From assembly GCA_010909165.1 (NCBI GenBank), contig MU008174.1:992001-1056000 (forward strand): DNA of 64,000 bases, in the 5' to 3' direction. This DNA comes from Anthoceros angustus. Lineage: Eukaryota > Plantae > Anthocerotophyta. Of this stretch, positions 63,439 through 64,000 are shown one piece after another. Under the pieces are notes generated by a model. That model had not been told where the DNA came from. It ran no database searches and worked only from the letters and a program-made list of their open reading frames with translations. Position numbers and translations under genes: made by a program. Numbering within the stretch: the first letter of the stretch is position 1; every line of letters begins with the position of its first letter.

Positions 63439-64000
63439 CTAGATATCGTGAAAAATCAAGAAGCCCCCTTTGTACCGCCCACAAAAGATTTCCTCCAGGC
63501 GATACCGTTGGTTCCCAAGATGCCAACTCAGATATCCCTGAAAGAATTTCACAATCCTGTTTTTGATGACAGCAGAATCAGACCTATCCGCCAAGGCCAT
63601 CAGTCTTCTCCTGGAATGGATCACAGCCTGCATCCTGTGCCGAAGAGATTGAAGAAGCGGCAGGTTGTGAATCCTTGGACGGGTCACAACGTGGATGCAA
63701 TACTCTCCGTCCTGCATCTCCTTGTAAAAGGACAGCACATCGTTGCCGAAATCAAACGCATCGATAAGCTCAGGGACCATGGGGTTGAGCCTGTTGTAGA
63801 GGAAGTACTCATCTCCCCTCGCAGAGCCCGAGGACGATGTCTACATGATGACAAAGTATGCAAAAACCTCAGCAATCCCGGACCTGTACCGGATGAACCT
63901 GGGGAAGCATGTCGGCAGTGGTCTCCATCGGATACTCCTCGTAATGCTGCTCCTGCAAGTTGCCCTCGATGAAGTCGAAGGTGGACTTGATCATCAGGCT
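63439..64000 (-). pseudogene. Microbial-type (fungal/trichodiene-synthase-like) terpene synthase, 3' part, disrupted as assembled; runs off the window
   Basis: IKSTFDFIEG..; RFIRYRSGIAEVFAYF; NSE/DTE motif NDVLSFYKE; WxxxxxRY motif (WHLGNQRY). No introns. Frameshift at the G-run 63901-63904 and in-frame TAG at 63841-63843. Confidence 0.8.

Overview
Eukaryotic nuclear DNA from a land plant. Short GT-AG introns, GC-rich exons, PLS-class PPR genes and a microbial-type terpene synthase point to a seedless plant, possibly a hornwort (inference, not proven). The window has three zones. (1) 1-11.8 kb: a mosaic of about six repeat modules shuffled at short shared sequences, carrying fragments of a decayed minus-strand ORF; the indel load in every copy may reflect an unpolished assembly. 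(2) 11.8-25.7 kb: tandem copies of a gag-only, LTR-like element carrying an intron-containing orphan cargo sequence, then several different tandem-repeat families and a free copy of the cargo. (3) 26-64 kb: genes, namely two intronless CCDC130/CWC16 paralogs in opposite orientation, ELF1, a 12x IQ-motif protein, a CIP7-like gene, a UBE2E/COP10-type E2 that retains the catalytic Cys (plus a pseudogene copy), a double PLS-PPR ORF with a degenerate DYW domain between its halves, a PPR pseudogene and a disrupted fungal-type terpene synthase. Most notable are a truncated DNMT3-like cytosine methyltransferase remnant (32577-33030) next to an 82-bp hairpin-rich minisatellite, and the fused PPR-DYW*-PPR-E+ ORF. 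No rRNA, tRNA, CRISPR array, reverse transcriptase or integrase was recognised. All alignments were done by eye; no searches were run.
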